From the IMG/VR virus record IMGVR_UViG_3300025728_000011: a stretch of DNA of 20,000 nucleotides; one strand, written 5' to 3'. Origin of the DNA: an uncultured virus (IMG/VR IMGVR_UViG_3300025728_000011). Lineage: Duplodnaviria > Heunggongvirae > Uroviricota > Caudoviricetes. The notes beneath the pieces were generated by a model, which was given only the letters and a program-made list of their open reading frames with translations, did no database searches and was not told the DNA's origin. The position numbers and the translations under genes are program-made. Position 1 is the stretch's first letter, and every line of letters begins with the position of its first letter. Positions 16,165-20,000 of this stretch are shown here, in pieces.

Positions 16165-16341
16165 TCAAATGGACCGGGCGGCCTGCTCGTTCAGCAGATT
16201 GGCTTCGGCCTCGCTGGGTTTGCGTGGCTTGCCGAGAAGCTTTGGCAGCAACACGCGCTGGGTGTAACTCTGGCCGATGGCAATTTCGTACAGGCTGCCG
16301 AGGGCGTGCAGGAAAACTAGTTTGCTGATGTGAAGCTTCAT
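16165..16341 (-). CDS. 58-aa first gene of the leftward operon (MKLHISKL...)
   Basis: AAGGAG RBS before ATG 16341; lies directly after the leftward promoter. Confidence 0.6.
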   Translation of the reverse strand: MKLHISKLVFLHALGSLYEIAIGQSYTQRVLLPKLLGKPRKPSEAEANLLNEQAARSI

Positions 16342-16414
16342 TGCGGTGACTCCTTGGGTGAGTTGCTTCCTTTGTTTGCAGGTTCTCTTAAGATCCTGCG
16401 CTTCTATGGATCTA

Positions 16415-16443
16415 AATCTACTTAAGCTGGAATCTTTCGTCAA
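16415..16443 (-). promoter_or_regulatory. Leftward early promoter TTGACG-17-TAGATT
   Basis: Near-consensus sigma70 boxes. Confidence 0.75.
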
Positions 16444-16447
16444 CCCT

Positions 16448-16476
16448 TTGCAAAAATAAATTTACTAACGCACAAT
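16448..16476 (+). promoter_or_regulatory. Rightward early promoter TTGCAA-17-CACAAT
   Basis: Sigma70-like boxes upstream of cro. Confidence 0.65.
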
Positions 16477-16503
16477 GCCGACTATACCTAAGGAGCAGTC
16501 GAG

Positions 16504-16722
16504 ATGAACAAAGCAGACGTAATCGCCTTTTTCGGCAACCAGAAGCAGACGGCAATTGCTCTGGGGATCAGTGAGGCGGCGGTAAGCCAGTGGGGCGACG
16601 TGGTTCCAGGGCCGCGCCAGGGTCATGTGCGCCTGGCCATGGAAGCCGAAGCGAACCGCCGCGCAGATGAGGCGGCTAAAGAAACCAAGAAGGCCGCACG
16701 CAAAGCGCGAAAGGCCGCATAG
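16504..16722 (+). CDS. cro: Cro-like repressor (P22 Cro/DicC type)
   Basis: MNKADVIAFFGNQKQTAIALGISEAAVSQWGDVVP. Confidence 0.85.
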   Translation: MNKADVIAFFGNQKQTAIALGISEAAVSQWGDVVPGPRQGHVRLAMEAEANRRADEAAKETKKAARKARKAA

Positions 16723-16740
16723 ACAACCGAGGACCGAACC

Positions 16741-17025
16741 ATGTACGACAACCCAAAACACCGCAAGCTGAGAGAAAGAACGCTTCGCTTTGATCCGTAC
16801 CACGACGAGCGGCTATGTCAGGTCGCGGCATCGCTTGGCCTTCAGCCGGCTGTGTTGGGGCGAGAATTGGTCGAGATGGGGGTGGAGCTGATGGGCGACA
16901 AGAACGTCAACGCTCTGGCGAAGAAACTGAAGTGCTCGAAGGCCGCACTGATCCAGCAACTGGTGGCGCAGGGCGCGCTTGAATTGAAGGCAATGCTCGA
17001 AGACAAAGAACGCCTAAGGGCCTAA
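16741..17025 (+). CDS. CII-position regulator, ribbon-helix-helix-like
   Basis: MYDNPKH...RTLRFDPY..LCQVA...LQPAVLGRELVE; follows cro. Confidence 0.6.
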   Translation: MYDNPKHRKLRERTLRFDPYHDERLCQVAASLGLQPAVLGRELVEMGVELMGDKNVNALAKKLKCSKAALIQQLVAQGALELKAMLEDKERLRA

Positions 17026-17040
17026 ATAGGAGATGGTGGC

Positions 17041-17214
17041 ATGGCTAACAATGCCGTAACGGGGCGCAAGCCGCATGAAGCGGGCGAAGTCCCGGAATCA
17101 CTGAAGGGAATGATCCAGGAGGCTGCGCGTCGGGCGAGTCCGAAGGTAGCCGACGCACTGTCGCAACAATCCGAAGGCCTGCTTTTTCGCCTACCGGAAA
17201 GGCTCAGGGCCTGA
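17041..17214 (+). CDS. 57-aa hypothetical protein MANNAVTGRKPHE...PERLRA
   Basis: Read manually; AGGAG RBS. Confidence 0.55.
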   Translation: MANNAVTGRKPHEAGEVPESLKGMIQEAARRASPKVADALSQQSEGLLFRLPERLRA

Positions 17215-17234
17215 AAAGACTCTGAATTCCACGC

Positions 17235-17266
17235 AAAAAAAAGCCGCCTGGGGGATGGGCGGCTTG
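17235..17266 (-). terminator. Leftward (antisense) terminator
   Basis: Minus strand AAGCCGCCCA..TCCCC..CAGGCGGCTT followed by a T run. Confidence 0.55.
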
Positions 17267-17286
17267 AAGGGACTAACTGAGGAATC

Positions 17287-17589
17287 ATGATTATGGGCAA
17301 CGAAAACGAAAGTGGCAAGCCGACTCCGGGGCCATGGGCAAAAGCCGAAACGAGAACGGAAGGTTTTGTTATCACCTCCCGCACTGATCTGGTCGTGCAT
17401 TCGGTTGATGAATACGGTCATTACGGCCCCATTAAAAGTTCGGCCAACGCCGATCTAATCGCCGCCGCGCCTGATCTTCTTGAGGCGCTGGAACATCTTC
17501 TCCTGTATTCAAACCAAGGAACTCTTCATCCTGTGGCCGCGCACAATGCCCGAAAAGCCATCGCCCGCGCCCGAGGCCTATCCCAATGA
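17287..17589 (+). CDS. Hypothetical phage protein (TPGPW...ANADLIAAAPDLLEAL family)
   Basis: Recurrent phage motif; GAGGA RBS. Confidence 0.75.
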   Translation: MIMGNENESGKPTPGPWAKAETRTEGFVITSRTDLVVHSVDEYGHYGPIKSSANADLIAAAPDLLEALEHLLLYSNQGTLHPVAAHNARKAIARARGLSQ

Positions 17590-17717
17590 CCGCGCAAAAT
17601 ATCGCACCACGAAATGAGAATGGTGATTCTGTGGAGCGCGCGACAACGCATCAAGCAAAAAAGAACGCGGTTTCTCCGCGGTCCGCTTCCATGACCGAAA
17701 TGATCGTAGCCGCATGA
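17586..17717 (+). CDS. 43-aa ORF linking the operon to tnpB
   Basis: Read manually: MTAQNIAPRN...SMTEMIVAA, with ATGA overlaps at both ends. Confidence 0.5.
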   Translation: MTAQNIAPRNENGDSVERATTHQAKKNAVSPRSASMTEMIVAA

Positions 17718-18832
17718 ATCACACAAAGACCCTAAAGGTTCGAGTTCGAGATAAGCACGCCCCGCTCCTACGGGAGATGGCGCGCAGTGTCAACTATGTC
17801 TGGAACTATCTGAACGAACTCAGCCATCGCTCGATCCGCGAGCGCGGGGTCTTTCTATCGGCCTTCGACATGCACCCTTATACCAAGGGTGCCGGTAAAG
17901 AGCTGAACTTGCACAGTCATACCTTGCAGTGCGTGGCAGCCGAGTACGCTGCTCGACGCAAGCAGTTTCGAAAGCCCCGGCTCAACTGGCGTAAGTCCGG
18001 CGGCGTTCGTCGGTCTCTCGGCTGGATTCCGATCAATACGGGCGCAGCCAGCTGGAAAAACGGGCAAGTGTTTCACAACGGCCACCACTTCACCGTCTGG
18101 GACAGTTATGGGCTTGGCCAGTATCGCTTTCGCTCTGGTAGCTTCAGTGAGGATTCCCGTGGCCGCTGGTATTTCAATATAGCGGTTGATGTGCCGGAGT
18201 TTGTCGGTCCGCTTCAGCAGACGGAATCCATTGGCATCGACCTTGGCCTCAAGGAGGTGGCCACCTGCAGTGATGGCTTTACCAGGCTGGAGAACGCTAG
18301 GTTCTACCGGGGTCTTGAGCCAGCGTTGGCTATCGCCCAGCGGGCCAACAAGAAAGCGCGCATACGAGCCATTCACGCCAAGATCGCCAACCGGCGAAAA
18401 GAAGCACTGCACCAATTCAGCCGTTCGCTTCTCAAGCGCTGCGGAATGATTATTGTGGGCGATGTCAGCCCGCAGAAACTCGTTAAAACCACCATGGCCA
18501 AGTCGGTGCTTGATGCCGGCTGGGGCCAACTGAAGACGATGCTGGACTATAAATGCGCTCACGCAGGCATTGTCTTCAAAGTAGTAAACGAGGCGTACAC
18601 CACCCAAACCTGCTCGTGCTGCGGAGCAATCTCTAGCAGTAGTCCGAAAGGTAGAGCCGGCTTGCGAATAAGAGAATGGACGTGTGAGTGCGGTGTGACT
18701 CACGACCGCGATGTGAACGCGGCACGCAATATTCTCGCGCTCGGACTGAGCGTCCCGCAGGGGGAATCCACGTCATTTAGGACGGGGAGGAAGTCAAAAA
18801 TCCGCACTGAAGGCCATAGCCGAGACAGCTAA
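17714..18832 (+). CDS. tnpB: RNA-guided endonuclease TnpB family, solo (no TnpA), rearranged RuvC-II
   Basis: RuvC-I IGIDLGLK; IIVGDV at the usual RuvC-II position; VNEAYTTQTCSCCG; zinc finger ..WTCECG; RuvC-III HDRDVNAARNI. Confidence 0.92.
   Translation: MNHTKTLKVRVRDKHAPLLREMARSVNYVWNYLNELSHRSIRERGVFLSAFDMHPYTKGAGKELNLHSHTLQCVAAEYAARRKQFRKPRLNWRKSGGVRRSLGWIPINTGAASWKNGQVFHNGHHFTVWDSYGLGQYRFRSGSFSEDSRGRWYFNIAVDVPEFVGPLQQTESIGIDLGLKEVATCSDGFTRLENARFYRGLEPALAIAQRANKKARIRAIHAKIANRRKEALHQFSRSLLKRCGMIIVGDVSPQKLVKTTMAKSVLDAGWGQLKTMLDYKCAHAGIVFKVVNEAYTTQTCSCCGAISSSSPKGRAGLRIREWTCECGVTHDRDVNAARNILALGLSVPQGESTSFRTGRKSKIRTEGHSRDS
18700..18817 (+). ncRNA. Predicted omegaRNA 3' part plus guide (scaffold end TCAA 18794-18797; guide from 18798; 5' boundary uncertain)
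   Basis: GGAATCC-acgtc-atttag-gacggggagg-aagTCAA hairpin and end motif typical of tnpB element right ends. Confidence 0.7.
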
Positions 18833-18850
18833 TAGAATTCCCCAACCCCC

Positions 18851-18894
18851 AAGGCGCCATGCCCGCATAGCGGATGCTCGGCGCCTTTTCTTTT
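18851..18894 (+). terminator. Terminator-like hairpin after tnpB and the guide
   Basis: AAGGCGCC...GGCGCCTT followed by TTCTTTT, with a large internal loop/stem. Confidence 0.55.
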
Positions 18895-18913
18895 GCCTTT
18901 GAATTCAATGTTC

Positions 18914-18942
18914 TTGATAAATATTTATAGAACCTATAAAGT
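18914..18942 (+). promoter_or_regulatory. Promoter TTGATA-17-TAAAGT with palindrome ATAAATATTTAT
   Basis: Seen directly, upstream of the second cro-like gene. Confidence 0.7.
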
Positions 18943-18968
18943 GCCTGCATCTCAAAAAGGAAGTGATC

Positions 18969-19187
18969 ATGAAGTCAAAAGCAGTGATTGAGTTTTTCGG
19001 TAGCGTTCGCCTCACGGCTGAGGCTCTTGGCATGAGCGCCGCCGCTGTTTACCTGTGGAAGGATGAGGTTCCAAAGACGCGCCAGGCTCATGTAGAGGCC
19101 GCTACGAATGGGAAAATTAAGCGTGATAAGCCGGTATACGGCGTGAAGCTGAAGGCCGTCGACTCCGTGGCCCTTGGCGAAGATTGA
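18969..19187 (+). CDS. Second Cro-like HTH protein
   Basis: MKSKAVIEFFGSVRLTAEALGMSAAAVYLWKDEVPKTRQAHV...ATNGKIK; aligns by eye with 16504-16722. Confidence 0.85.
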   Translation: MKSKAVIEFFGSVRLTAEALGMSAAAVYLWKDEVPKTRQAHVEAATNGKIKRDKPVYGVKLKAVDSVALGED

Positions 19188-19196
19188 GGCCATGCC

Positions 19197-20000
19197 ATGC
19201 ACTACTACAAGCGAAACATAGGGGACTACCACAAGAAGGCCGGTCGTCTTTCAATGCTTGAGCACGGTGCGTACACGCTATTGATCGATGCGTGCTATGA
19301 CCGTGAACGATTCCCCACAGAAGCTGATGCAATCGACTGGTGCTGGGCTAGGAGTGACGAAGAAATCACGGCGGTTCGGTTCGTTCTGGGGAAATTCTTC
19401 GAACTTGATGGCGCGGTTTATGTTCAGACTCGAATTTCAGAAGAGATAGAGGCCTACAAAGGAATGGCCATTAAAAACAAGGAGATAGCCGAAAACAGAG
19501 AGAAGGCTAAGCGCGAAGGTCGTAACGGTACTAGCACGAAGCGTGCACCAGTCGTGAACGAATCGCCACCTAACCAAGAACCACTAACCACTAACCAACA
19601 ACCAAGAACCTTAAAAGAACCTAAGGGCGATCAGCAAGCTGACGCTGAACAGAAGTCGCCAAGGAGGAATTGGGTTAAGGAGTTGGTCGGCTTGGGGGTG
19701 GAAGAGAAATTCGCAAAGGATTGGATGGCTGTCAGGAAAGCCAAGAAGGCAAGCATGACCGACACAGCGCTAGAGGCAATCCAGCGAGAGGCTGGAATCG
19801 CAGGGATAACCTTCGGTGAGGCCGTGAGGATCGCGGCTGAAAACTCATGGCAGGGATTTAAGGCGGCATGGGTGAACAAGGCAGAGTCAGGCGTAGGAGG
19901 CCAGTTCATGACCAAGCAGGAGCGGGTAGAGGCGGCCAATCAGCGCGTCTTGGAAGAAATGAACGCGGCGGCCGATGCAATGCTGGCGCAACAGGCTAGC
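19197..20000 (+). CDS. Replication initiator, YdaU/DUF1376 family (3' truncated by the window)
   Basis: Read manually: MHYYKRNIGDYHKKAGRLSMLEHGAYTLLIDACYDRE...; C-terminal DWMAVRKAKKA..T...WQGFKAAW. Confidence 0.85.
   Translation, partial: MHYYKRNIGDYHKKAGRLSMLEHGAYTLLIDACYDRERFPTEADAIDWCWARSDEEITAVRFVLGKFFELDGAVYVQTRISEEIEAYKGMAIKNKEIAENREKAKREGRNGTSTKRAPVVNESPPNQEPLTTNQQPRTLKEPKGDQQADAEQKSPRRNWVKELVGLGVEEKFAKDWMAVRKAKKASMTDTALEAIQREAGIAGITFGEAVRIAAENSWQGFKAAWVNKAESGVGGQFMTKQERVEAANQRVLEEMNAAADAMLAQQAS
19534..19610. repeat. Probable replication origin in the initiator gene: GCACG-N3-CGTGC palindrome and a 7-bp-period AACC(A) array
   Basis: taaccaa gaaccac taaccac taaccaa caaccaa gaacc at 19571-19610. 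Confidence 0.5.

Noticed and set aside
17855..18703. 282-aa minus-strand ORF
   Set aside because: Antisense shadow of tnpB with no recognisable motifs.

Overview
Segment of a Pseudomonas-type tailed phage genome with lambdoid organisation and a contractile-tail baseplate. 334-5739 (+) is the end of the late operon: baseplate spike, wedge, baseplate J, DUF2612-like protein, Gly-rich tail fibre, fibre chaperone, GH19 endolysin and nested Rz/Rz1 spanins, closed by a terminator. 5825-16341 (-) is a long leftward early operon: many small hypothetical genes, an HTH protein with an atypical cytosine methyltransferase, YqaJ exonuclease, ERF recombinase, an HNH-type homing endonuclease and a coiled-coil protein. 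Back-to-back sigma70 promoters at 16415-16476 have no cI between them. The rightward operon has Cro-like and CII-like genes, a solo TnpB with a rearranged RuvC site and an omegaRNA end, a second promoter and Cro, and a YdaU/DUF1376 replication initiator running off the end. The most striking unexplained signal is a pair of homologous ~135-nt structured RNA cassettes (12050-12182 and 13424-13560, minus strand). Each has its own promoter and four interlocking helices supported by compensatory changes, and one is the leader of the HNH gene. No integrase or repressor is present at the positions where lambdoid phages carry them. All family calls come from motif recognition; no database search was run.
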